From NCBI GenBank assembly GCA_050012255.1, contig JBEKHN010000010.1, positions 22,579-86,578 on the forward strand: a stretch of DNA of 64,000 bases, read 5' to 3'. Below the pieces are notes generated by a model. The model was given only the letters and a program-made list of their open reading frames with translations, searched no databases and was not told where the DNA came from. Of the stretch, positions 10,372 through 19,842 are shown piece after piece (positions within the stretch are counted from its first letter, which is position 1; each line of letters begins with the position of its first letter). The position numbers and the translations under genes were made by a program. The stretch is from Candidatus Bathyarchaeia archaeon (GTDB lineage Archaea; Thermoproteota; Bathyarchaeia; Bathyarchaeales; Bathycorpusculaceae).

Positions 10372-10519
10372 AATTATGCACCTCCTAGTGACGAGTTAAT
10401 GGTTAGAGTTAATCACGTGGGTCGAGAATTTTTCTTCTCAACCACGAGATCTTGTCTTAACATCCACTATATATTACACTTATGAATTACAAATCACACT
10501 CTATAAGCTTTTCTCATTC

Positions 10520-10939
10520 CTAACGTATTTCGCCAGCTTTCTTCTTCAACGTTTGAACGTAGGAGGCCAAGCCTTCAACATCCTTGACCTCTCTGCCTGC
10601 GAACCGCATCAGCTCATTCCAAAATGTGAGGTTTGGTTTTATCCTCGCCTTTTCCAAGCGTTGCTTGAGCACTCTTGTCCATTCTCTGCCGTGCCTATCA
10701 AAGTCCAGCAGCATAATCACTTCCTTTGCTGCGCTTTCCTCCACTTCACAGATAACATCCAGTTGTGTCCTTCCGCCTGTTTTTGCGGATATTATCTCTC
10801 CCTCCACACCCAGTTGTCTCAGCGTCTTAACGTCATTCCTTCCTTCTACGATTATGAGAATTCCTTTTGACGATTCTTCTATCAGACACGCTAGTACTTG
10901 CTGAATTCTCTCCATTCTCTCTTTCAGGTGCGTGGACAA
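10520..10939 (-). CDS. Small Toprim-domain protein
   Basis: IIVEGRND and LLDFDRHG motifs. Confidence 0.9.
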   Translation of the reverse strand: MSTHLKERMERIQQVLACLIEESSKGILIIVEGRNDVKTLRQLGVEGEIISAKTGGRTQLDVICEVEESAAKEVIMLLDFDRHGREWTRVLKQRLEKARIKPNLTFWNELMRFAGREVKDVEGLASYVQTLKKKAGEIR

Positions 10940-10944
10940 GGCTT

Positions 10945-12039
10945 CTACCTTGTAACGTCAGCTTTCCTCACGAGGTTCAGGCACTCAGTTGCTTCTCTGT
11001 TACAGTCGAAGTACCTTTTTACTGGTGCAAGGATTTCTGCCAGCTTTTCAGCCACTGAGTTCTTAAGGTCTTGTGGGTGTAGGCTTCCGCTGGCGTAGGA
11101 ATGTGCAAGCTCTCGGAAACTGTGGAACTCGGCTCTTCCGCCGTACTTGGCAGGCCTGTCTATCGTGAATGTCTTCTCTTCTTTGAAGATTATGTACTTG
11201 CAGATTTCCAGTATCGGGTTATACTCGACGGCTTTTTCCGGGCAGAAGGCCATTGAAATCTTTTTCTTTATCTCTTCAGGCGAGTCGTAGATGAAAATGC
11301 AAGTGTCGGGCCTGCTTTTTGACATTTTTATCGATGACAGGATCTCTCTCTCTTTTTCTTTCGGGATGGGCCAGACGGGAGGTTTCACAAGTCCTTGAAG
11401 GTAGCTGTGGTGCACGCACACTGGCTTCCAGTATCCGAGGCGTTCGCCCAGTTCTCGGGCGACAACGTTGGCTTTTCGCTGGTCCATGCCTAGCTGACAT
11501 ATCTTCACCTCCATGTGGAATATGTCAGCGACCTGCATCGGCGTGTACATGTAATCTGAGACGCGTCTTGCTTCGGATTCTTTTCTTCCAGCAATCTCCA
11601 GTGTCCTAGTCACCCTGGCTATGGACAGGTTCTTTGCAATCATAACTACCTTAGCCCAATAGTCTACATCGTCGTACAGTTCGTCTGAGTAGATGAATTC
11701 AACCTTTTCCGGCGGCACGCCTAAGGCTATCCACGAGTGCTTGAAGAGTTCTGCTGCTTTTCTGATGAGTTTGAGGTCTCCGCCCATCTTGTTGTTCAGC
11801 CATGCGTGCCACGTGGAAAGGTACGCTTTGTAACGTATTCCAGCCTCTATGAAGTCCTTAATCTTGTAGACACAGATCAAGCCTGTTCCGAGGTGAACCA
11901 GGCCGGATGGTTCCCATCCATTGTAGGCTATCGGATGCTCCTCTGTTTGTAGAAGGTGCCTCAAGTCTTCTGGTGTTAAGACCTCTTCAGTCGGCGGTCT
12001 GCAGACAAGTTCCATCTTCGTCTCGATGTCCAAGTTCAA
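10945..12039 (-). CDS. tyrS: Tyrosyl-tRNA synthetase
   Basis: YNGWEPSG, HLGT, YTPMQVAD, GMDQ, KMSKS. Confidence 0.96.
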   Translation of the reverse strand: MNLDIETKMELVCRPPTEEVLTPEDLRHLLQTEEHPIAYNGWEPSGLVHLGTGLICVYKIKDFIEAGIRYKAYLSTWHAWLNNKMGGDLKLIRKAAELFKHSWIALGVPPEKVEFIYSDELYDDVDYWAKVVMIAKNLSIARVTRTLEIAGRKESEARRVSDYMYTPMQVADIFHMEVKICQLGMDQRKANVVARELGERLGYWKPVCVHHSYLQGLVKPPVWPIPKEKEREILSSIKMSKSRPDTCIFIYDSPEEIKKKISMAFCPEKAVEYNPILEICKYIIFKEEKTFTIDRPAKYGGRAEFHSFRELAHSYASGSLHPQDLKNSVAEKLAEILAPVKRYFDCNREATECLNLVRKADVTR

Positions 12040-12129
12040 CCTTACCTATGCGGTTTTCTTCCTAGCTTCTATGTATGAGTGCAACTTAAAAGTTGCTTCC
12101 GACTCAACGCGACGGTCTGAGCTCGATGT

Positions 12130-12333
12130 CTATTGTTTCTTGCTGCCTATGACTAGGAACCATGGGACGGGCTCGTATTCGTCACCGAATTCTCTGTAGT
12201 GTTTTTCAATGGCCTGCTTTGATGGCGTTGTTTCCTCAAAACCCGTGATCATGAACTCATGTTTGAGCAGTGTCCTAATGTACTCGGAAAGTGGACGGTG
12301 GAAACTGTAAAGAGGCGCCGACTTGCGTCTGAC
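12130..12333 (-). pseudogene. C-terminal fragment of a class I SAM methyltransferase
   Basis: FHRPLSEYIRTLLKHEFMITGFEE...PWFLVIG resembles the C-terminus at 37738-37950; plausible coding stops at GCGCGCTAG (12334). Confidence 0.65.
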
Positions 12334-12410
12334 GCGCGCTAGAGCACGTTTCTGAACGTTGTTTTGTCGCGGGACAGTGTCTCCCACGTAACCTAACACT
12401 TAACTTCATT

Positions 12411-12602
12411 GTGGGGCGATGCGCTCCTCTAAGCTAAGCTCTCTCCGTCGAGGGAATTTTGCCCGCGCCCGTCGTGTCCCACGTTTGGGTAAACCCGTCG
12501 TCATAAGAATAGGCAAGCACACAGCTTGCTCTCTTCTGTTGGGTCCGTCTGCGTGGATGTATCGACGGGATTAGGAATGGCTCAACTGTGTCATCGCCAA
12601 CC
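12411..12602 (-). ncRNA. Candidate structured ncRNA of unknown family
   Basis: Closing stem GGCGATG/CATCGCC, inner stems, TATA-like CTTTAAC ~27 nt upstream on minus strand. Confidence 0.35.
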
Positions 12603-12652
12603 AGAAATAGGCGTGTTAAGAAAGTTAAAGGTTATTGTGCTTGCCTCAGTGT

Positions 12653-14341
12653 TCATGGCCTGATTCTGCCTATTCTGTCCATGTTTAGTTCGAAGACAGC
12701 CACGGGGTTCTCAAGCGTCCATGGTTCCAGAACTTTTGGATGGATTTCGCCCAGCATCCCGACTTCTACTCTGTTAACGATCACTGTTCCCACTCTTCCT
12801 TCTATGAAGCTCGGATGCTCTGTCTCTCTTATCTTCCATTGGAGACCAAGGTTCATGAGCAGCGCGTCTAGAGCCGACTTTGTTTCCGTGAAGCTCGCGT
12901 TTGCATGGGATATGACCGCTGCAAGAGTGTGCACGTCTCTCGTTCTTGTCTCTGTCTTCTCATCCAAAACCGTGACCGTGCCGAGTTCAAACACTTTCTG
13001 GGGATATTCAATGTGAAGGTTGTGGCTCAAGAACTCCAGTAGGCTCGGCAGCATCCAGTTTCTGAGGCATGTCAACGTTTGAACCTTTGGGTTTGCCAAC
13101 TCTACTATTTTCTGTTTCTTGACGTTCATTTTAGTGAATAAGTCTTCTGGGTTTGTCATGTTGAACGTGAGAACTTCTTGGAAGCCCAGCCCCACCATTA
13201 ACTCTCTGGCAACGTTAAGAAAGGCTTGCGATGGCTTGGCGCCGCCTCTCGTCGACAGTTTGCGCCAGAATGGTTTGATATTATCGTATCCGTAGGCTAT
13301 GGCAACATCTTCAATCAGGTCTATCGGGTGCATTATGTCAATTCGGTAACAAGGGATCTCCACGGTAATCTTGTCCCGTTCGAGTCTTGCTACTCCGAAG
13401 CCAGCTTTCTCAAGCAGTTCAACGATCCGTCGGGCTTTCAGCTGAAGGCCTAGTACCTTGTTTGCATATCCAACGTCTAGGTCCATCTGTCCCGTTTCAA
13501 AACTCGGCGTCACCACTGTCAAACTGTCATCTGGATAATGAACCGTGGTGGAGTAAGCCTTTCCTCCTCTGTCAATCAGGGACAAGGTTACTATCTTGAG
13601 GGTGTTGAGCACAGTTTCATGAACCGTGCCCGTGACTTCGACGAGGACGTTCTTAGTATCCTCGGTCACTCTTCCAAGGTCGTTCGAGTTTATGATCGGT
13701 GGGAATGATAGTACTCTCTTCTCACTGTCAAGAAGTATCGGGTAGACGCTGTTTCCCCTTACGATCGAACCGTACTCTAACCCTTTGGGATGGTGCTTCA
13801 GAATCTCCTTCAGACTCATTTCTTTCTCAAAGCCAAGTGGCACAAAACTGACTTCTGTTGGCTTGGCAACGGTATAGCTGAATGGAGGGGTCATGAGGTC
13901 AAAGTTGTACAGGCCGATGGACGTTCGGCGCCTGTTTCTCCCATAAGTGTGATCCAGCTTGTCCTGAAGCTGCATCACTGCTCGAATCATCGGGTCTGTC
14001 AATTTGAGGTTCTTGATTATGGAACAGCCTATGTACGGTCTGATATTGGCTAATCTCTTGTCAACGTACACCTCTGCTATTTCTTTGACTGTCTTGTACC
14101 GCTTCAAGCCTCTATCCAGTCCTAAGAGCAAGCGCAGAGTCCTGACTAGTCCTTCAATGTTCCATAGATCTGGTCGGTTTGTGTCCTTGACCTCAATGGT
14201 CATTGCGCCTGTCTTTTCATCGAAGAGTTTCATTTCGCTCTTGGCTAAGGCTAAGACTTCATTGATTTTTTCAGGGTCTTTGTGTAGCTCTGCCCCTAGC
14301 AGTTTTTCGAATTCTGCGTAGTCGACGTCTATGGTTGGCAT
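12653..14341 (-). CDS. pheT: Phenylalanyl-tRNA synthetase beta subunit
   Basis: MPTI start, NRPDL, LSFPPIINS, DLIEDVAIAYGY, GEIHP. Confidence 0.97.
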   Translation of the reverse strand: MPTIDVDYAEFEKLLGAELHKDPEKINEVLALAKSEMKLFDEKTGAMTIEVKDTNRPDLWNIEGLVRTLRLLLGLDRGLKRYKTVKEIAEVYVDKRLANIRPYIGCSIIKNLKLTDPMIRAVMQLQDKLDHTYGRNRRRTSIGLYNFDLMTPPFSYTVAKPTEVSFVPLGFEKEMSLKEILKHHPKGLEYGSIVRGNSVYPILLDSEKRVLSFPPIINSNDLGRVTEDTKNVLVEVTGTVHETVLNTLKIVTLSLIDRGGKAYSTTVHYPDDSLTVVTPSFETGQMDLDVGYANKVLGLQLKARRIVELLEKAGFGVARLERDKITVEIPCYRIDIMHPIDLIEDVAIAYGYDNIKPFWRKLSTRGGAKPSQAFLNVARELMVGLGFQEVLTFNMTNPEDLFTKMNVKKQKIVELANPKVQTLTCLRNWMLPSLLEFLSHNLHIEYPQKVFELGTVTVLDEKTETRTRDVHTLAAVISHANASFTETKSALDALLMNLGLQWKIRETEHPSFIEGRVGTVIVNRVEVGMLGEIHPKVLEPWTLENPVAVFELNMDRIGRIRP

Positions 14342-14342
14342 G

Positions 14343-15854
14343 CTATGCGACCTCCTTGGTCCTCAACCACAGCAGATCGTTAGAGAAGATGCTGCGTATG
14401 TCGTCTATTCCTGCCTTCATCATGAACAAACGGTCTATGCCCAAACCCCACGCGATAACAGGAACATTGATACCCAGGGGCAGGGTGACTTCGGGCCTGA
14501 AGATGCCTGAGCCTCCGAACTCGATCCATCCGTATCCTTTCTTGTAGGCGCTGAGTTCCACGCTGGGCTCTGTGAATGGGTAGTAGTCTGGCTTCAGCCT
14601 GACTTTGTCAGCCTCGGCTATTTCAGTGGCGAAAGTCAGCAGAATTCCCAAAAGGTCTCGAAGGTTCAGGTTCTCGTCGACGACGATGCCCTCAACCTGG
14701 TTGAACTCGGTGAGATGAGTTTGGTCAAGCACGTCTGGTCTGTAGCAGCGGGCGATCGAGAAATACCTGCCTGGAACGTGTAATTCTTTGCTCAGAAGCG
14801 TTCTGGCGCTGAGGCAAGTTCCATGACCTCGCAGGATCAGACGTTTTGCATCTTTGATGGAGTATCTGTACCGCCATCCGGTTGAGCCTGTTTTCCAGCC
14901 GTTCTCATGGGTTTGCTTGACGTTTTGCAGGACATGCTTCGGAGCGCCTATGCTGCCGTACTTTGGAGACTTCACCAGGTATATGTCCATGATCTCGCGG
15001 GCCGGATGGTCCTGAGGCATGTACAGAGCATCGAAGTTGAAGAAGGACGTTTCGACGTTGGTGCCAGTCATCTCTTCAAATCCTAGGTTGATGAGTTTTT
15101 CCCTGACTTTGTCGATGAACTGGAGGTAGGGATGTTTTTTGCCGGGCCATGTCTTTGCAACTGGGGCTCGTATGTTGTACTTTTGAAGGCTTACCTTCCG
15201 CCATTTACCAGTAATTATGAGTTGAGGGGTGAGCTGCGTCACTTCCGCAGCGGCTTTCATACCTCTCCTGACTATGGCATTACCCGCTTCTGTTATCTCG
15301 ATTATTCTCTTCGTCTTCTCTTCGACATCAAGGAGTTTTCTCCTCTTCAGAAGTCGAAAAGCTTCTTGAAGAGGAGGATTCAGATCTTCAACTCTGGCTT
15401 CTTTCCGTTCGGCCAAAAGCTTCACGAGTTTCTCATCGTTCTCCTCTTCTTGTTTTCCCTGCAACTGCAGAGTGTTCGCTTTCGAGTCCAGAGTTGCCCA
15501 TTTCTTTCTTTGAATCCAGCCTAACACGATAGGAATGAGCTCCTTCTCAAGCTCAGTTTTTTCGAAGATTCCTCCAAGAGGCGCTTTGCCGCCTAGTCTG
15601 CTTAAAGCGCGTATGGCCTGCCTCTCCGGGAGTCCGTTTGTTGCGTACACTTTTCCTTCCGCGTTAAGTCTCGCGATTGTCTCTTCTTCTTCATTGATCT
15701 GTACAAGTTTCTTGTCCTGCAGTGTTAACGCTGCGCGCATCACTGCAGCATCGGAGAGTCCACTTTGGCTTATCAACTGTTCAGCTGATGTTTTTCCGCC
15801 TAGCTTGGCCAAGGTTGAGAGTGTTTTTTGTTCGTGTTCTCTGAGGTCAACCAT
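14343..15854 (-). CDS. pheS: Phenylalanyl-tRNA synthetase alpha subunit
   Basis: NFDALYMPQDHPAR, EFNQVEG, YPFTEPS, WGLGIDR; real start ATG 15854 (MVDLRE). Confidence 0.97.
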   Translation of the reverse strand: MVDLREHEQKTLSTLAKLGGKTSAEQLISQSGLSDAAVMRAALTLQDKKLVQINEEEETIARLNAEGKVYATNGLPERQAIRALSRLGGKAPLGGIFEKTELEKELIPIVLGWIQRKKWATLDSKANTLQLQGKQEEENDEKLVKLLAERKEARVEDLNPPLQEAFRLLKRRKLLDVEEKTKRIIEITEAGNAIVRRGMKAAAEVTQLTPQLIITGKWRKVSLQKYNIRAPVAKTWPGKKHPYLQFIDKVREKLINLGFEEMTGTNVETSFFNFDALYMPQDHPAREIMDIYLVKSPKYGSIGAPKHVLQNVKQTHENGWKTGSTGWRYRYSIKDAKRLILRGHGTCLSARTLLSKELHVPGRYFSIARCYRPDVLDQTHLTEFNQVEGIVVDENLNLRDLLGILLTFATEIAEADKVRLKPDYYPFTEPSVELSAYKKGYGWIEFGGSGIFRPEVTLPLGINVPVIAWGLGIDRLFMMKAGIDDIRSIFSNDLLWLRTKEVA

Positions 15855-15957
15855 CGTTTTTCCCTTCAAGGTGGTGTGAACAGGAGTCGGTAATGTAGTT
15901 GTTCTGTTTTTAATAAAAACCCAACGGTGAAACTTGACGATTCCAAGCACGCAACGG

Positions 15958-16004
15958 AAAAAAAGAGGCCGCGGGGCATGCTGGGTTCGCGCCTCATGCC
16001 CTGC
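15958..16004 (-). terminator. GC hairpin followed by a T7 run, upstream of the pheS promoter
   Basis: GCGGGGCATG/CATGCCCTGC stem at 15971-16004; A-run at 15958-15964 on +. Confidence 0.4.
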
Positions 16005-16361
16005 GAACGGTGATTGACCCATCAGGGTTTTTCTCGATTTTGAGCGGCATACCCAGTTTTCAGCCGAGCGCTTCAAGCCAGACGTCTCATTGCGTCTTTG
16101 GGTGAGTGAGGCGTAGCTGCAACTTTTCTGCAGAATTGAGAATGTACCCAGAAATCCATTTAGGCAGTTGAGCGCGCCCAGGAAAATTACGCCAAGGGTT
16201 CGACAAGAGCGCACAAGGATAGTCGATCATGCAATTGTGAGGAAACTCGTCCAGCTCAAGATTAGAGAGTCAACTCAATGTCCCGCACGATAATTTCAGA
16301 ATCCTTAAATCCGCAGAATGGAAACGTATACGTGAGGAATAAGGAGAAGGGAGAAACAAAA

Positions 16362-18011
16362 ATGAAGAATAACCTAGCTAAAATGCTCTCTGCACTAATG
16401 ATCGTAACAGCCCTATTCGGATTCGCAGCAGTACTTCCAACGCTCGCAAGTATACCACAACCCGCAGCCTACGTCATCGTAGACCCAGCCTTGAACTTTT
16501 TCACAACACCATCCACGATCGTCGGCAGCACGTTCAACGTAAACGTTAGCCTCGTAAACATCACAGGCGTCGCAGGTGTCCAGTTCCAGCTCACGTGGAA
16601 CCCGACCCTTCTGAACGTCACAACCATGACAGAAGTCCTGTTTCACACAAAAACACCAAGCGCACACTGGGGCAACATCTGGAATCTGAAGTTCGCCTAC
16701 AACAACACTGCCGGCAAGGCAGACTACGCGCAGGCGTGGTCGGACTCCGGCACAGCACAAGCCGATGGCTACGCGCCGTTAAACGTAACAACGGCCACTG
16801 ACCCGCCTGAGGGAAAACTGGCTGCTGCCACGTTTACATTCCAGGTTTTGAAGGTTCCGACGATGGCGCCACACAATCTGACCTGCGCCTTCCACTTAAC
16901 CATCGTCAAGATACTTGACCTGGCAGTCAATCCTATAATAGATCCTTCTAAGAGCACGGGCAACCCACCTGTGGACGGAACCTACGTAATCACATGGACT
17001 CCACCGGCAATACTTCCGTACTACTCAGTGTCGTCCCACACCGCATTATCGTTGGGTGAAGTCTTCAACATAAGCGTCAGAGTCAACAGCCTAGACCCCG
17101 GCTGGGAAGCCGTAGGCTTCGGATTCAAGCTGGGTTACAACAGCACGCTGCTGCAGGTGTTGAACGTTTGGGAAGGTTCGTGGCTCCCTCCGTACGGAGC
17201 TCTGCCAAACAATGGCACATCATTCGTGAAATCCTATGGTTCAGACTACGTGGAAGTTCAGGATGCTGTGCTCCCAGATGCTAACGGCACGTGGCACCCA
17301 CCTTATCCGAGCGCACCTAACCCAAACTCTTTCCCCCTTGCGATAATCGAGTTCAACTCAACAATGCAAAGCATGTTCCCAATCATATACGAGTGCCCGC
17401 TACACCTATACGACACAAACGTTACTGACTGGCTTGCCGAACCTGTAACTCCGACTATTGCAGTTGATGGCCTATACCAGATTCTTCCGGCGATCCCCCT
17501 CGTCTCCGGGCATGATGTAGCGGTAACCAGTGTCGAATGTTCTAAGACTGTTATCGGTGAAGGTTACAGCGAGATAGTGAATGTGACGGTCGCAGACGTA
17601 GGCAACTACACAGAAACCTTCAACGTCACGGCCTACGCCAACACGACCGCAATGGGAAAGGAGGAGGCAACTCTAACGAGCGGAAGTTCTATGAGCCTCA
17701 TGTTCGCGTGGGACACTACAGGATATTCATACGGCAACTACACCATCAGCGCTGTGGCAGACACCGTTCCAAACGAAACGAACACAGCTAACAACAACAT
17801 GACTGATGGTTCAGTAGTCGTAACCATCCCAGGCGACATAAACGGTGACGGCACTGTTGACATCTATGACGCCATACTGCTAGCTGGCGCCTTCAACTCC
17901 AGTCCAGGCAGTAAAAGGTGGAACCCCAACGCGGACATAAACGGTGACGGCATCGTCGACATCTATGACGCCATAATACAGTCAGGCCACTTCAACCAAC
18001 ACTACCCATAG
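16362..18011 (+). CDS. Secreted protein: two cohesin-like domains, CARDB-like domain, C-terminal dockerin
   Basis: Signal peptide; FNVNV...FQLTWNPTLL and FNISV...FKLGYNSTLL; duplicated DINGDGxVDIYDA. Confidence 0.85.
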   Translation: MKNNLAKMLSALMIVTALFGFAAVLPTLASIPQPAAYVIVDPALNFFTTPSTIVGSTFNVNVSLVNITGVAGVQFQLTWNPTLLNVTTMTEVLFHTKTPSAHWGNIWNLKFAYNNTAGKADYAQAWSDSGTAQADGYAPLNVTTATDPPEGKLAAATFTFQVLKVPTMAPHNLTCAFHLTIVKILDLAVNPIIDPSKSTGNPPVDGTYVITWTPPAILPYYSVSSHTALSLGEVFNISVRVNSLDPGWEAVGFGFKLGYNSTLLQVLNVWEGSWLPPYGALPNNGTSFVKSYGSDYVEVQDAVLPDANGTWHPPYPSAPNPNSFPLAIIEFNSTMQSMFPIIYECPLHLYDTNVTDWLAEPVTPTIAVDGLYQILPAIPLVSGHDVAVTSVECSKTVIGEGYSEIVNVTVADVGNYTETFNVTAYANTTAMGKEEATLTSGSSMSLMFAWDTTGYSYGNYTISAVADTVPNETNTANNNMTDGSVVVTIPGDINGDGTVDIYDAILLAGAFNSSPGSKRWNPNADINGDGIVDIYDAIIQSGHFNQHYP

Positions 18012-18188
18012 CGCGCCCTGGGTTCCTCACCCAACCTTTAAGAGACTTTGCTTTTCAACCTTAAATTGAGACGGTTTTGCCACAAAAGGCGCACATTGGG
18101 TTCAGATTTGCAGGGTGCAAGGCGATCACACTTTCTCCCCCCCAAGTTTTCATGGCCATCGGTCTCTGAGTTGTGCCCCAAGCCGTCG

Positions 18189-18210
18189 TGCATAACTTTG
18201 AAGTTATGCA
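18189..18210. repeat. Perfect inverted repeat TGCATAACTT-TG-AAGTTATGCA
   Basis: Read directly in intergenic DNA. Confidence 0.9.
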
Positions 18211-18685
18211 GGGTCGGTACCCGCTATCCTAAGGTGCAGGCTCCTCAAAGGAGTTAAACCCCTCAAGGTATTCGCCTCCACGACTTCCAACACTTTCCGA
18301 CGCTTTCCAACACTCACCACCAACACTTTATTTGTAATGGAATGTCCTTGATCCGTTATAGCACGGTAGAGTGGGTTGTTCCCTGAGAACACGGTGCTTT
18401 CTGGGCCTTGTAGCCTTGTAAGAGCCCTCGATTACTTTAAACTCACTTTGAATTCTCTTGAGGAAAAAGTTGAAAAATAGCACGGCAAATTGTACAGAAG
18501 AAATATGCCCTTTTAGAGAAATTGGCAGGGCATCACTAACCCACAGCAACCAGAGAATCAAGAATCATATTCATGTCTTATTCTTGCAAGCATCGAGCAC
18601 ACGTGGGTTCTCAGAGGTTCACACAAGATTTAATACGTTTTCCATGAATTGTATAGAGAGCTAAGGTAATCGGGCGGATTCAAGC

Positions 18686-19816
18686 TTGACTGATGAAGAA
18701 AAAAACGAAATGGTCGTTACTCCTTGGGAAGTGAGGGGCAAGGTTGACTATGAACGGTTGATCCGAGAGTTTGGAACCGAACCCTTAACCGAAGAGCTTC
18801 GGCGAAGACTTGCCAAGTACACGGGCGGCGTTCATTTTCAGCTGCGCAGGGAACTGTTCTTTTCTCATAGGGACCTAGACGTTGTTCTTGACTTGTACGA
18901 CGAAGGGGTCAAATTCGTGCTGTACACGGGCAGAGGCCCTTCGGGCCCTGTTCACATTGGACATCTTGTCCCTTGGATTTTCACGAAGCATCTGCAAGAC
19001 GCGTTTAACACGAGGCTCTACTTCCAGATGACCGACGATGAGAAGTTCGTGGTAGACGACGATCGCATCCTGTCTGAAACCACGAGGTTGGGTTATGAGA
19101 ACGCTTTGGACCTCGTTGCGCTGGGCTTTGAACCGAAGAACACTTTCATCATCTACGATGTTGATGACATCGATCTGCTCTACGACATTGCGTTGGAAGT
19201 TGCCAAGCGCATAACATATTCCACGGCAAGAGCGACCTTTGGTTTTCAGGACAGCACAAACCTCGGCTGGGTGTTCTGGCCAGCTGTCCAAGCGGTGCCA
19301 TGTTTCATACACAAGAAACTAACTGGTGAAAACGTTCCCGCTCTTATACCCGCAGCGATAGACCAAGATCCCTTCTGGAGGATCACGCGAGACATCGCCC
19401 AGAAGCTTGGGTACTACAAGCCAGCTCAAATCCACAACCGCTTCTTGCCAGGATTAGGCGTTGGTGGAAAAATGAACGCTTCAGAACCTGAGACAGCGAT
19501 TTTCACTACAGACCCGCCTGAACTGGTTGAGCAGAAGATCTGGAAGGCGTTTACTGGCGGGAAAGGAACAGTCGCTGAACAAAGAAAAGAGGGCGCCGAC
19601 CCTGATGTCTGCACAGTCTTTCAATATTTCCTCTATCTATTCGAGGAGGATGACCAGAAACTTGCAGAAAGGAAGAGACGCTGCAAGGCTGGCGAGGTTT
19701 TGTGCGGCGAGTGCAAGAAAGAACTCGCTGAAAGAGTCAACAAGTTTCTTGCTGGGCATCAGAAGAAGCGTGAAAAAGCAAGAGATGTGATCGAGAAATT
19801 CCACATAAAAAGGTAA
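18686..19816 (+). CDS. trpS: Tryptophanyl-tRNA synthetase
   Basis: YTGRGPS, HIGH, AIDQDP, KMNAS, CGECK. Confidence 0.97.
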   Translation: MTDEEKNEMVVTPWEVRGKVDYERLIREFGTEPLTEELRRRLAKYTGGVHFQLRRELFFSHRDLDVVLDLYDEGVKFVLYTGRGPSGPVHIGHLVPWIFTKHLQDAFNTRLYFQMTDDEKFVVDDDRILSETTRLGYENALDLVALGFEPKNTFIIYDVDDIDLLYDIALEVAKRITYSTARATFGFQDSTNLGWVFWPAVQAVPCFIHKKLTGENVPALIPAAIDQDPFWRITRDIAQKLGYYKPAQIHNRFLPGLGVGGKMNASEPETAIFTTDPPELVEQKIWKAFTGGKGTVAEQRKEGADPDVCTVFQYFLYLFEEDDQKLAERKRRCKAGEVLCGECKKELAERVNKFLAGHQKKREKARDVIEKFHIKR

Positions 19817-19842
19817 AGTGCAAGATCACATGTCTGGAAAAA

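Noticed and set aside
12411-12440. Fluoride riboswitch (GGCGATG start)
   Set aside because: Lacks the pairing TCGCC nearby and the downstream GCTRATGAC element
15855-16214. 120-aa N-terminal extension of PheS in the ORF track
   Set aside because: Non-protein-like; contains a TATA-like box and hairpin; homologous sequence starts at MVDLRE
18204-18392. RelE-like toxin fragment (VLVVSVGKRRKV)
   Set aside because: Resemblance too short; no antitoxin or credible start
19468-19482. TrpRS KMNAS instead of KMSAS
   Set aside because: Single conservative change in an otherwise normal enzyme
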